Source: Eledone cirrhosa (lineage: Eukaryota). From it: a DNA stretch of 64,000 nucleotides. The position numbers were made by a program, and so were the translations under genes. The notes beneath the pieces are model-generated. The model saw only the letters and a program-made list of their open reading frames with translations. It did no database searches and had not been told where the DNA came from. This document shows positions 18,156 through 31,345 of this stretch, in pieces. Position 1 is the first letter of the stretch; the number at the start of each line of letters is the position of its first letter. The DNA lies in the NCBI GenBank assembly GCA_964016885.1, contig OZ024740.1, positions 103,540,001 to 103,604,000 of the forward strand, written 5' to 3'.

Positions 18156-18200
18156 ATTAGCCGACAATGTTTCGTCCTATTAAGGACTCATCAAGGCAAT
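18156..18200 (-). ncRNA. Hammerhead in the sense pLTR with a core C3->U change (TTGATGA)
   Basis: Inverse of 23321-23365 except at position 18194. Confidence 0.8.
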
Positions 18201-20023
18201 TAAAACAACAAGAAGTAATATCGGCAGATACAAGCCGGAAGCTCCGAAGAATATGGAGTGTACATAGACTAAAGTATTGCAAAAATATATAATAAAAATA
18301 ATAAAAAATATATAATAAAAATTACTAAGGATGTATATAACATTAAGAACCATATTACAAATATAGTACAAAGCAAAAAAAACCTAGAGCTAAACAAAGG
18401 TGGTTATATATAGCAGGAATTATATATAACACAATGTAATATAATATAATATAATATAATATACCTTTACCAACATTAAAATTACAATAAAAATCAAAAG
18501 GTACAATATGCATATGTATATATGTGCACACACGTACACACACATACACATACAACAATACACACATCCATCCTCAACTGCACAAATTAAACCTTATTAA
18601 GAGTTTGAATATAAAAATAAGCATGATAGGAATGAAAATAATAATAATAATATTACTAATACATCTACCCAATATACATGAGGTAATAATATGATATAAT
18701 TATAAGTAGCACATATAATTATAAGTAGCACATATAATAAATAATAAATAATACAGTTATATGCTATATAATACAATATAATAGGATAGATAATCTCCGG
18801 TTAATTTACACAAACAATATAGATGTCACAATAATAATATAATAATAATATATTAACATTTACGATATACAATATACTAACATTTATAATAAACAATATA
18901 AAGGTACTGAAGTTAACAAATCAACTCATACTGGGTTACAGAGTAGGTGAGGAAAAATAAATTGTACAATACCTCAAAAATATTTTGATGGTACAGAAGT
19001 TCAAACATCTTACATGATATATAAAGTTTAACATATCATAATGTTACATATAATTAACGGTAAGTAATAAGGATCAATATTACAATAAAAAATACAATAT
19101 AATATAATATATTATATAAAATAAATTAATATAATATAATATATAATTACTTATAATTACAAGGTTGGTAGACAGACATGTATATGGATGAGTGAGTAAG
19201 TGCCAGACAGTAAATATAATGCACAGTAGAATTACAAATAAAATATAAAATATAATATATAAAATATAGAATAAAGTAAATAAATAGAATCAACCGGAAA
19301 TTAAAAAACAAAAACAAACGTATACATTTAGGTCTCACATGCAGTTAAGTAGTTAAGTAAAAACTAAGGAAACAACCCCTGTAAATGACGCAAAAACCCT
19401 ATTTGATAAATTAATATTAAAAATATTTAAACTATTCAATAAGGCAGTATAATATTAGCTATAGTTTAAGTCATTAAAGTTTATAAACGTTAATATTTCG
19501 TTACAAATGTTTACAAAAAGGAATGAAAATTTGTTATTATCATATACATAACGATATCTAAAGAACTGACTTAAGCAGAATTAAGGTAGGCTAATAGGGA
19601 CAGAAATGGAGAAATATATGGAGGATGCAAAGGGGCATAAAATATAGTCGATATACTATATTACATAATAGAAAGGAGCGTGAAGGAGGGGGGGGGGTTA
19701 AATATAATATAATCATTGTCAATTTGGAGGGGTTGACACTAAGTTTATGTGCGCATGGGGGGGGGGGGTCCAAAGAAGAATCCGAATAAAAATAAAAATA
19801 AGGATAAAATAAAATAAATACCGTAAAATATATAATCTTATATACATTCATAAGGTGTAATAGTGAAAATTTAATGCATAAGAAGATAGATATGGTACAG
19901 TAGCCAAAAGATTATGAGAGCTAGAATAAAGAGTCATCAAAAACCAATGATAATAATGATGGTAATAATAATGTTGGCAAACAAAAGAACCTAAACTAAA
20001 AAATAAATAATGGAATATATCAG

Positions 20024-22668
20024 CTAATGGGTACAATTTGTACTACTAGAACGTTTAGGTTTATAATAAAAGTATGAATTAGAAATAGCATGGGGGCAAG
20101 AAGAGAATATCTCAGACTTTCTATTAAGTAAAGATGCGCTAGAGAAGATTATAGAGTGTGTCTCGAGGATACAGAGATTACAAAACTTAGTATGTGTAGA
20201 AAGGTGGTTAGAGCGTGCTACTAAACGCCAGTTAAGGCTATATGGTATATTAGCTCCCTTAAGATCCCAGATATAATGTGCTAAAGAAGTAGAATTCTTA
20301 AACTTAACATGCTTGAAATTGGAGATATGAGAGTTAAACCTAGTCTTAAAAGTGTTAGATGTAGAGCCTATATAAGTTCTATTAGAGGAATTAGTTATAA
20401 CTTTGCAAGCATAGACAATGTTCTTAGAAAGGCAGTTACCGTTTAAAGGGCAGTTAGCACTCACTCTACAATTGCACTTCCGGGTGTTATTGGTTGACTC
20501 AAGTGGTGATGCATTACACCTAGGATTGCTATTAGATAAGGACTGTTCTGGTGGTAATGCATTGCCAGATCTGTTCAGACTAGTAGTATGTAGAGAGGAG
20601 AATCCATCCCTAATTTTCCTATTGTTAGTGCTAGCTAAATGAGAACTAATATTAGGGGTGGTGGAGAATGAAAGTTTAATAACATTTTTATTAAAAATAC
20701 TATGGTATTTATGAGAAGGGGGGGAAATTTTTCTCTAAGATAGAGAAGAAAGACCTAGGGATATTAGTTGATACTTCCTGATTATATGGCGGGTTAAAAT
20801 AAGTATTTAATCGCCTTCTATTTTTATTCTTACCGACTCTACCATTATCAAATATCCCACCATCGAGACTAGGGTTACTACAAGGATTAGTTAAAGCCGC
20901 ATTCGTAGAATCAGCCAAAATTTCATTAAGTCTATTACAGTTTCTACCTCCAGTAGATCTGCTGCTGTCCGGAATCCCATCATAAGGATTAGGGCCAATG
21001 ATAGGATCAGTAGGAGCAACATTATTAGAATAAGATCCAGCAAAATTATCACCAATGTGTGAGCGCTCAGGGGGTTCAACTTGTTTCCTAGAGGTATTAT
21101 ATTCACTATTACGGGTCCGGTGGGTTAACTTATGGATGGGTTCAGATACACCTATATAATTTTTACGGTTACTATGTTTGCTACTCCCATTCATGGCCAT
21201 GTTATGTGATATTATGTTATTATTATTAAAAGTGGACGGAGACTTTCTAAGGTTACTATTATTATAATGTATTTTACTAGAGTAACCTGAATTTGCTAGG
21301 GCATTATTATAGTACTCCGCATGTTCATTAAATGTTCCTACGTCCTTAGAGAGTGTGGAAATCCTATTAGATACACCCTTAATTATAGAGCTTATCATAG
21401 ACTTGGGGTGGTTAGAATTGGGACTAACATAAGAAAGTATTTCATTAGGCTTATGGAAGGGTTTAAAACTATTAGTGACCAAGTCCAAAGTCACATCCAA
21501 AAAGTTAACCGCTCTATCATTTCTATCTATCGTGATCGAAAGGTTATAGCTTTTAAAAAACTTATAAAGCTTCTTCTTATTATGTTCTACATTGTTGGTG
21601 CTAGAGTTAATTACAAACAATGCATCATCACGATATAGTCCGCCTATAAGGTGCGGGAAGGTAGCATATAGTTCATTAAGGAGGAACAACCCAACAAGAT
21701 CAGTAACCTGGGCCGAATCACTCGAACCCATTGTAACGTCGAAATTATTGGGCATGTTTTTACGGGTCCAAAATGTGTCCTCAAATTTAATAATAGTTTT
21801 ACGGGCTGCTAGTATAATATCTACCTGTGATCGTGTAAGGCTGGACACTCTCATGGCCAACATTAAAGCTTTATTGAGGAGGATGGGTGAAATTGATGTG
21901 TAGTAGGCATCAATATCGAATTGGATAAACTTATTAGATTCAAGTCTATTAATCCCGGAGAACCAATCTATAACTTCCTTAGTGTTCCCCCATAGGTTAA
22001 AATTAACCTTATCCCTAACATCTGGTATAATAAGGTCAAGGATTTTTTTACTGATAATGGCTATATCAAACTTAGGACAGATGAGTCTAACAGAGGGGTT
22101 ACTAATAAAATCAATCTTATGATCCTTAAGAGTGAATCTCGGTTCTCAAGGGTAATATGGCTGGGTATACTTATCGAGGCCGAGGTCAGAGACAATTCTA
22201 AGGCCATCACTATTGATGTGGTTCAAATTCTCAAGCGTAGTTTTTTTATAGTTTCTATGCAGCTCCTTATAAATAAAGTCGCGGTAAGCACTATAATCCA
22301 TGGAGTATAGATTCTTAGTCTTATCTGCCGGGACAAGAATGGACTTATTCTCACCGAAACCCTTAACAATATTTTTAAGTCTAGACTGGAACTTATCAAA
22401 ATTATTATAATTTCTATGTCTATTATTTGGCCTATACCTAATATTTTTGACAAGAGAGAGTAAGTAACTTTCAAAACTATCTAACAGAATATTGTGTGGT
22501 GGGCTCTTATAAGTTTTGAAGCCGTAGTTATTAAAATTAGTTCTATCCCTGGGGTCCTTCCTGGAAAGCACGCCATCTAATCCTTTTTACAAAGGAGTTA
22601 ACACTAGCTATCAATAGTTTTTCGTAAGTATTCTTAGAGGGGGTGGGAATATTCTTCAGAGATAAAGG
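20024..22668 (-). pseudogene. Disrupted Penelope-like polyprotein (RT + GIY-YIG)
   Basis: SLKNIP, ADKT, LKDHK, FDIDAYY, TMGS, LYRDD, FLDV, CNCR....CPL.G.C, IVY...YIG, CNLC motifs; frameshift near 22560, TGA at 22146-22148, +1 G at 20718-20724. Confidence 0.9.
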
Positions 22669-23320
22669 CAGATTATCCGGAGATTATCTATCCTATTATA
22701 TTGTATTATATAGCATATAATCCGGAGATTATCTATCCTATTATATTGTATTATATAGCATATAACTGTATTATTTATTATTTATTATATGTGCTACTTA
22801 TAATTATATGTGCTACTTATAATTATATCATATTATTACCTCATGTATATTGGGTAGATGTATTAGTAATATTATTATTATTATTTTCATTCCTATCATG
22901 CTTATTTTTATATTCAAACTCTTAATAAGGTTTAATTTGTGCAGTTGAGGATGGATGTGTGTATTGTTGTATGTGTATGTGTGTGTACGTGTGTGCACAT
23001 ATATACATATGCATATTGTACCTTTTGATTTTTATTGTAATTTTAATGTTGGTAAAGGTATATTATATTATATTATATTATATTACATTGTGTTATATAT
23101 AATTCCTGCTATATATAACCACCTTTGTTTAGCTCTAGGTTTTTTTTGCTTTGTACTATATTTGTAATATGGTTCTTAATGTTATATACATCCTTAGTAA
23201 TTTTTATTATATATTTTTATTATTTTTATTATATATTTTTGCAATACTTTAGTCTATGTACACTCCATATTCTTCGGAGCTTCCGGCTTGTATCTGCCGA
23301 TATTACTTCTTGTTGTTTTA

Positions 23321-23365
23321 ATTGCCCTGATGAGTCCTTAATAGGACGAAACATTGTCGGCTAAT
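23321..23365 (+). ncRNA. Canonical minimal type I hammerhead ribozyme followed by AATAAA
   Basis: GCC-CTGATGA-GTCC-TTAATA-GGAC-GAAAC-ATT-GTC^GGC; predicted cleavage after 23358; AATAAA at 23363-23368. Confidence 0.9.
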
Positions 23366-23437
23366 AAAGACTTTTGATGTATTGAAGGCTTCTTTGTTTT
23401 ACTCTCTTAATATATATATATATATATATATATTTTC

Positions 23438-23480
<43 letters not shown>

Positions 23481-23857
23481 CATTTATATATATATATATA
23501 TATATTTTCATTTATATATATATATATATTTTCATTTATATATATATATATATATATATTTTCATTTATATATATATATATATATTTTCATTTATATATA
23601 TATATATATATTTTCATTTATATATATATATATATGTAGATAAATCTACCAAGAGTTTACGGTAGTGTCCAATCCGTATGAAGAACTCAATGTAATCCGG
23701 ATATCATGGAAAGAAGAGATGCAATGAAAAATCACTTTCGGTGAAAGATAAACGGAATACAGAGTGAAGATAAAATATTAAAAAAATAATGAATAAAACA
23801 ATGAAACAGTCCTTTTTTTAATTTTTTAAATATTTTTTTAAATATTTTTAATATTTT

Positions 23858-26800
23858 ATCATCATCATCATCATCATCACCGTTTTACGTCCGTTCTTCC
23901 ACGCTAGCATGGGTTAGACGGGTTGTCCTGTTGTGGGCAGTGTCTGGTCGGCTGACCATGCCTTGCTCATACAGGAACTGATCTGGCTTGATTTCTACAG
24001 CTGGATGCCCTTCCTAACACCAACCTCATTTACAGTGAGTGCTGGGTGCTTTTTCGTGGCGCCTACACGTCCACTTTACAGTGTGGGCTGGGTGCTTTTT
24101 TGCCGTGGCACCTCCACGACGACCTTGCGGTGGGGGGGGGGGGCATATTGTTTATATGCTTCAGCATGTACCCATGGGAGGTCGGGTACCCTGTATTACT
24201 GCGTGACGCCAGAGGTCACGGTCGTGTGTCATTGACTTTGAGAGGTGTAGTTGGGTAAGGTCGGCTTTTATCACCTCATCCCAAGTCATCTTGGGTCTCC
24301 CCACTCCGCGGTTTCCATCAACTTCTAGTGCTCTGCACCTTTTTATGCAGCTGTCATCCTTCATACGCATCACATGTCCATACCAGCGTAACCGCCTCTC
24401 CTGCACGCAGCATTTGATTCCTCTTATGCTCAGTCTCTCTCTCAATTCCTTTATGCTTTGTCGTTCACGTATATTACTGTTACACATCCATCGGAGCATG
24501 CAGGCTTCGTTTCTCTCTAATCTACGTAAGTCTTCCACCTTCAGCGCCCAGGTCTCACTACCATGCAACATCGCTGTTCGGATACACGCATCATACAGTC
24601 TGCCTTTCATTCTGAGGGAGAAGCCTTTTGCAGCTAGCAGTGGTAGTAGTTCCCTAAACTTCTTCCATCCCGTTCTTACCCTAGTTATTGTACTTTCTGA
24701 GCACCCACCTCCGTTGCTAATTCGGTCACCTAGGTAGCAGAAGCTGTCTACTGTTTCTACAGGGCCCTCCCAGAGATTGGTGGTACTTGTTTCCTGTGGC
24801 TGTTTGCTTGCTGTTTCAGCACAGCTGCTGCATGTGAATCCTACATTCTTAATTAAGCTTCCTGAGATCCCGCTACATCTCTTGTGTACCCATTGTTTGC
24901 ATTTGGGGCAAAGAATGGAGTTCCTACCTACACCTTTCCTACATACTGAGCAAGGACATTTCCCTGAGGGGATCTGGGTTCTGTTTTCTCGTCTACTTAT
25001 AAGGACCTTAGTCTTTGTCATGTTGACTTTGAGGCCCTTTCTCTCTAGTCCCTGCTTCCAGGTTTGGAATTTATTCTCTAGTTCTACCATAGATTCAGCT
25101 ATGAGTGCGAGGTCATCAGCATACAGGAGTTCCCATGGGCATCCGGTCTTAAACTCCTCCGTTATTGCCTGCAGGACTATGATGAACAGGAGAGGGCTAA
25201 GAACAGAGCCCTGGTGGACCCCAACCTGTACGCTAAATTCCTCGCTATACTCATTGCCAATCCTAACTTTGCTGACTGCTCCCCTATACATGGCTTGTAC
25301 CACTTTCACAAGCCATTCATCTACTCCTAGTTTTCTAAGAGCCCACCAGATTACTGCACGTGGAACTCTGTCAAAGGCTTTCTCAAGGTCGACAAATGCC
25401 AAGTAGAGTGGCTTACTTTTAGCTAGGTACTTTTCCTGTAATTGCCTCACAAGGAAGAGGGCATCAGTGGTGCCTTTCCCTGGTACAAACGCAAATTGCA
25501 TCTCGTCTATATTCACCCGGTCCCTAATCAGCTGTGCTATAACTCTTTCTGTTACTTTCATGACCTGGTCCATCAACTTTATACCTCTATAGTTTCCTCT
25601 ATCTAGTGCATCGCCTTTACCTTTGTAGCAGTTGACAATGATGCTACTGCACCAATCTTTTGGTATGGCCCCCTCTAGTATTACCTGGTTAACGATACGT
25701 GTGGTTATAGTGTGACCTACAGACCCAGATGCCTTCAGCATCTCGGCAGCTATACCCGATGGACCGGTTGCCTTCCCTATCTTCATATCTCTGATTGCCT
25801 TACTTACTACGCTGCCGCTGACTTGTACTGCTGGTCCCTCTATAGGGTCTACGTGGGGTAGGGTCTCTTCTTCCCATGCATTCTCCTCATTTAGTAATCT
25901 ATCATAATGACTCTTCCATGCATCTTTCTTCTCAGCACTTGTGAGGGCAAGCTCACCTTTATCATTCCGGATACACTTCTCTCCAATGACATCACAACTA
26001 TCTCTGACACACTGCCTCGCAATCTTGAATACCTCCTGTTTCTGGTCCTCACGTTGTAAAACATGCTTGAATTTTCTATCCTCTGCTTCCCTCCTAGCTA
26101 AGTATACTTGTCGCCTAGCTTCCCTCTTGGTCTCTATGTAATGTACCCTGCTCCCCCCGTTCTTCCATTCTTTCCATGCCTGTCTCTTGGCCTTGACTGC
26201 TTCATCTACCTTATTGTTCCACCACCAAGTCACTCTCCTCCTGCTTGAGGTCTTACTCCAGCCACAAACCTCATCCGTCGCCTCTAGTAAGTTATTTTTT
26301 AGGAACTCCCAGTTCTCTTCTACGTTAAATGTCTCTATCTGTTCTTCTTTACTGTCGTAGGCGTTGAGTAAAATATCTTTAAATATGTTACTGGTTGAGG
26401 GGACTTTCAGCTTCCAGATCTTTCTTCTCCAGGTTGGCCTCTGTTTCAGGGCTCGTCTAGTTCTGACCGTGAGGTCGCTGACAACTAAGCTATGTTGGGA
26501 TGTACATTCCTCACTAGGGAAGGCTTTTGTGTTTACGACCGTCCATCTGTCACGTCCTCTGATGAGGATAAAATCTAACTGACTAGAGTGCTCCCCTGAT
26601 CTATAGGTGATCAGGTGGTTGTCGGGTTTTTTAAAGTTTGTGTTACATATCGACATGTCATTGGCGTCGCAGAATTCTAGAAGTCTGAATCCTTCCTCAT
26701 TCCTTGTGCCAACTCCATGGCCTCCATGTACTCTATTGAAGCCGTCGCAGTGTTTACCTACGTGTCCGTTAAAATCTCCTGCAATGATTAGGAAGTCCTT

Positions 26801-26938
26801 GTCGTCTGTTAGAGCAGTAGTGTGTATTAGGGACTCGTAAAACCTATCCTTAAGTTTGTCTGGCAGCCCCGATTGGGGTGCGTAAGCTGATATTATTGTG
26901 GTAATTGTCTTATTCAGGACTAGTCTGAGTTTAATGAT
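23858..26938 (-). mobile_element. Young RTE LINE truncated inside the APE domain; ORF 24161-26938 uninterrupted (~925 codons)
   Basis: SAYAPQ, GDFNGH, SQH (APE); AFVDLEKAFDRV, QGSVLSP, YADD (RT); (GAT)n tail. Confidence 0.97.
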
Positions 26939-26985
26939 ATATATATATATTTTCATTTATATATATATATATATATATTTTCATT

Positions 26986-27024
<39 letters not shown>

Positions 27025-27094
27025 TTCATCTTTCTTGTCAACAAAAAAGATGAACAGACCTTCTTCAACACATAATTTTAAATTTTTGTGGGGG

Positions 27095-29352
27095 ATGTTT
27101 TGACATTTCAGACTTAAGTCCTTCATCAGGAAAGTTGAGAACTCCGAGAGAGAGTAAGGAGGGAAGTTAACAAGAACATGAAAAGGGAAAAATGAAAATA
27201 AATAACAGGAAAAAAGTGCACAGGTCCGGGATGGTAAGGGTGTGCATAGGGGTGGGTGGAGGGGGAGAGAAAGGGTGGGGTGGTGGGAGCAAGAAAATCA
27301 GTCTGGGGAGGGATGGTGGAAGGTAAGGTGTGTGTGGATATGAGTATGAGTCTGGAAGGGAGCGAGTGTGTGATGTAGGTTTTGAAAAAATATTGTGTAT
27401 GTGTTGGGGTGGAGTACATGTCTGTTTGTGTATAGTCCTTGTATGGGTGTTGGTGTGTATATGTGTGTGTGTGGATGGAGAGGGCCAGATGGGATGAGAG
27501 CGTGTCAAATCCAGAAGCAGTGTGGGTATATGTATATATGTGCGTGTGTGTGGTTAAAAGAAAGGAACGCATGGTCTGTCTGTAGGTGATGTGGGTTTGT
27601 GTAAGGTGCGTAGTTGCGTGTGTGCGGAAATAGTGCAAGTGACTGTGTGTCTATGTTTCTGTATGGATGTTGGTGTGTGTGGATGGTAAAAATCCGAGGT
27701 TACAGGGGTGTATTACAACGTGAGGTAAAGTCTCAGTCCGAGGAATAGAAAAATGGTGATGAGGAAGTGAAATGGCAGTGTGGCTGGCGCAACTGCAGGT
27801 GGTGGTTAAGTCGAAAGAGTGGGAGGAGACGGTGGTGATGGCAGGACAATGTGTGAAAGGGAGGGGAGGAGGTGGTGCCAACAAAACAGAACATGGTGGG
27901 TGAGAGCAATAGTGCTACTGTGTGTGCATGAGAGGTAGTTAGCTGTGTAGACAGGCAGGTGTGTATGGGCGGAGGTGGCTGAGAGTAGCGTGTGTATGGG
28001 GTTAGTCAGTTACTGGTAGGTGGGTGTGAGTGGGGTTATTAGTAGGTTAGAGGGTGATGGAGGGGGGTGAAGGAGTGGGGGTGGTTAGTGGGGTGGTGAG
28101 GTGTGGGTAGAGGTTAGTGGTGATAGTAGAGGGAGGTGAAGGGTGCGAGTGGGTGGTTGGTGATGTGAGAGAAGAGGTTAGTGCGTTAGTGTGTGTGTGT
28201 GGGGGGAGGTCAGTGGGTAGATGGTGTGTGTGTGTGTGTATGTACATTAATTGTGGGTGGGGTGGTAGGTGTGGGTTGGAGGCAAGAGGTGGTGGGGTAG
28301 GTAGGTTAGTGAAGTTAGTGGTAGGTAGCGTGGGTGATGGTTGGTGGTGGATAGTGGTGTCACTAAAGGAAAAAGGGTGGGAAGTTCAAACCAGGAGGGG
28401 TGCATGTCTGTAGTTGGAAAAACATGCGTTGCTTGGTCCTCAGTCGGGTTTCAGGGGTTCCAGGGCACGCAATCAGGCCGCAGACGGTCAAGTTGCGAGC
28501 GGAATGTCCGGCAGAGCAGAAGTGTTGGGTGATGGGGGAACACGAGCTGAGGTGGACATCACAGAGGTGCTCGGTGAACCAGTTGGCCTAACAGAGTCCC
28601 GTCTGTCCGACATAGGTTGCACCGTACTCTGTGTAGCGGAGTCTGTAGACAAGGCTGGAGGAGGTGCAGCGAAAGGGATGCCGGACAGAGAGGGAGTGGC
28701 CGTTAGATCCCTGGAAGGTGGTGGTGTTGGTGATGTGGGGGCAAGTGTGACAGTGGGGTTGGGAGTATGGAAGGGATCCAGGGGAGGAACAGGGGTTGGG
28801 GTGTAGGGATCTACGGACAAGGAGGTTGCGTGTGCATTTCAAGGAGGGGAGGTGTAGAATGGTTCGTTGGAAGGGTAGGGTGGTGGGGTGGTAGGTGAAG
28901 AGGAAAGGGAGACAGTGGGTGGGGTGGATGGCACGGGCGCAGGTGAGGGCAGCATGGAGAAGGGAGGGTGGGTAACCCCTTCGGGTGAACTGAAGGAGCA
29001 GAGAAAGGGCCTGGGTTTCAAAGTCCGCATCTCAGCTGCAAAGGCGTCGGATCCGGAGAAGTTGGGAGTAGGGAATGGAGTGTTTGGTGTGAGTGGGGGG
29101 TGGGAGGAGGTGAAGGTAGTGTTGGAGGGAATGTAGGCCGTTGGTGCGGGGGATGGTGTAAAGGGATTTTATGTCAAGGGTGAAGAGGAGGGAAGGTGGA
29201 AAGCTGAAGGAGATGAAAACGCAGAGTGTGTGGTTGGTGTCGGAAATGTAGGAGGGGAGGGTGGTGACAAGGCGAAGATGGAGTTAAGGAAGGCAGAGAT
29301 TAGTTCGATAGGGCAATTGCAGTTGGAGACGATGGGGCGGCCAAGGATAGCT
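27095..29352 (-). mobile_element. Old, degenerate Penelope-like element (Neptune-like)
   Basis: GRPIVSNCNCPIELISAFL (RT N-part); CHTCP...FRCTSSSLVY...YVGQT...EHL (Zn linker + GIY-YIG); terminal hammerhead relic. Confidence 0.8.
27101..27129 (-). ncRNA. Degenerate hammerhead motif
   Basis: CTGATGA-AGGAC-TTAA-GTCT-GAAA-TGTC; consistent with CpG decay of ...GTCCGAAACGTC. Confidence 0.5.
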
Positions 29353-30127
29353 GACACTCTTCTACTCTGTATATTTCTTTGGATGCTTTATTCTACAGGG
29401 AAACATGATATCAATACAGTTGTTGGGTGCAAAGCTCATCCGTGGGTTTAGTTTAGAATACAAGTACAGGTGATTGACCAAATGTTGAAAGCAGGATTGG
29501 ATATGTTACAGGTAAAAAGACAATTTTAACAGATAAAATACATGATAAATACACTTAAGAATGTTTAACCGCGGTCAGACTTATGGTCAAAGATGTTTTA
29601 GCTATGACCATCCCCTCTTTTGTTTTGTGTATTCCCAAAACCAAATTGTTTTTCATAGATTATAATTATATATTTTTTTTTATAAACGCTATCAGAAAGA
29701 CAAATCGAAATTAATTGTTATAAAATATTTCAAAATGATTTAGACAATTCTTATAAAATACTGGAAGTGGAGGTCAATTATCATGTTAAAGCTATATAGA
29801 AATATTTGTTCCCCACCAAAAAAAAAAAACTAACCACATTCAAAAGAAAACGACCCAGCTGATTGCAGACATGCCAACCTCTAAAAACCCAAAAGGGCCT
29901 CAAAACAGGGAGATTTCACATAATGAAAGCTATACCCATTTTCACAAGAGAAGACATCTCTGACTCACCCTAAATTGGGTGGGAGATCTCCCCGTCAGAG
30001 AGGGAGAGGGAGAGTTGACAGGTCTGTGATTGTAATAATCGCTCATTACACTTCGATTTCAAATCTATAGATGGCTTTATCCTCTCACTTTATTTTTTCT
30101 ACAATGGTCTCTGTTCCTTGGAGCTAG

Positions 30128-30307
30128 ATAATTGTTTCTATTTTTGGCACAAGGCCGCAATTACCCAGTACATTACTGGTACTTTATTTTATCGACCCCG
30201 TAAGGCTGAAAGGCAAAGTTAACCTCGGCGGGATTTGAACTCAGATCATAAAGGGACGTAACTCTATGCTTCAAAGCATGGTGTCCGACTCTCTACCGAT
30301 ACTGCCA
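30128..30307 (-). mobile_element. MetaSINE-type SINE
   Basis: Same family as 2807-2986. Confidence 0.85.
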
Positions 30308-31244
30308 TATGACAGCCACCTGATATTTGTCTCTCTTCCTGTCAACTAATACTATCTTTCACCTCCTCCACCCAGGTTCTGTACTAAACACTTTTTCTCA
30401 GTCCAGTCACTTAGTATTTCTAACCAATTGAACTCCCACTCCAATATAAAACAGTAGAAAATATGTTTCATTAGAATTATTTCCATATTTTATCACTTAT
30501 ACATTTTCAAAGATATTTCCATCTTATAAATATCAAATTGTTATTTTGAAAATGTAGGGAGTTAAGTGACTTTATCTAAGTTTTCATTATTTATTTGGAA
30601 ATGATTTTAATGCATTCATTTACTATATTTCTTTTGAAAGACAATGCCTATGATTTTCAAATAATTTTGAAAATAATCCAGAACTTTCAAATGATATATA
30701 ATTGTCCTTGGAAAAAATGTATTTTGACATGAAAAATGATCAAGCAAACTGTGCATGTCACCCCTTCCATGGAGCTCTACAGGGATACCTACTAAATGTA
30801 TTGTAAAGCTCTAAACTTATAGGGAGGATTTTTATATCCCATACCAGTGCATCAAAATTGAGTCCCCTACAGATAACAGATTGCAATATAACCACGTCTG
30901 AAAATGCATGAAAAGCTTGTGACGGTCTTTAATCACTAATTCAATTGTTTATTGCCATTTTTAATAATGCATTAAAATTTTATATCCCCAAATCTCACAA
31001 TTTATTTAGTTCTATACCTGAAAAAAAAAATAGGCAATTGTTATCTGATGGACACTATTAATTTGTGTAATATGAAGATGATATTCACCTGTTTCAAAGA
31101 TATGACATCACAAATATGGATAATTATTCATTCAGGCCTAATTAGGCAAGATTTTGACCATTCTGTACAATGTTTTTCAATTATTATGTTGACTCCTGCT
31201 TGCAACATTTTCATCATATCTACTACCAAACTTCCATGTTTGCT

Positions 31245-31345
31245 TGTATTGACTGGGTCTTATCTAACACTGTATCTTGTGTTGACCAGGTCTTTTCTAA
31301 CACTGTATCTTGTGTTGACCAGATCTTTTCTAACACTGTATCTTG
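31245..31345. repeat. 33-bp tandem repeat, about 3 copies
   Basis: Unit TTGACCAGGTCTTTTCTAACACTGTATCTTGTG. Confidence 0.85.

Larger units (their letters stand above)
18008..23411 (-). mobile_element. Penelope-like retroelement, probably Nematis-type, with an inverted upstream pLTR copy
   Basis: RT + C-terminal GIY-YIG ORF; hammerhead-bearing repeat 18110-18800 is inverted at 22722-23411; both ends sit in (TA)n. Confidence 0.92.

Noticed and set aside
20718-20724. Programmed frameshift at the G7 run in the Penelope-like ORF
   Set aside because: These elements normally have a single ORF; a homopolymer mutation or sequencing error is simpler
22146-22148. In-frame TGA in the Penelope-like ORF as selenocysteine (as reported for some Naiad elements)
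   Set aside because: The context P*EPRFTLKDHK fits Arg (CGA->TGA decay) rather than Cys; the copy has other lesions; no SECIS was recognised
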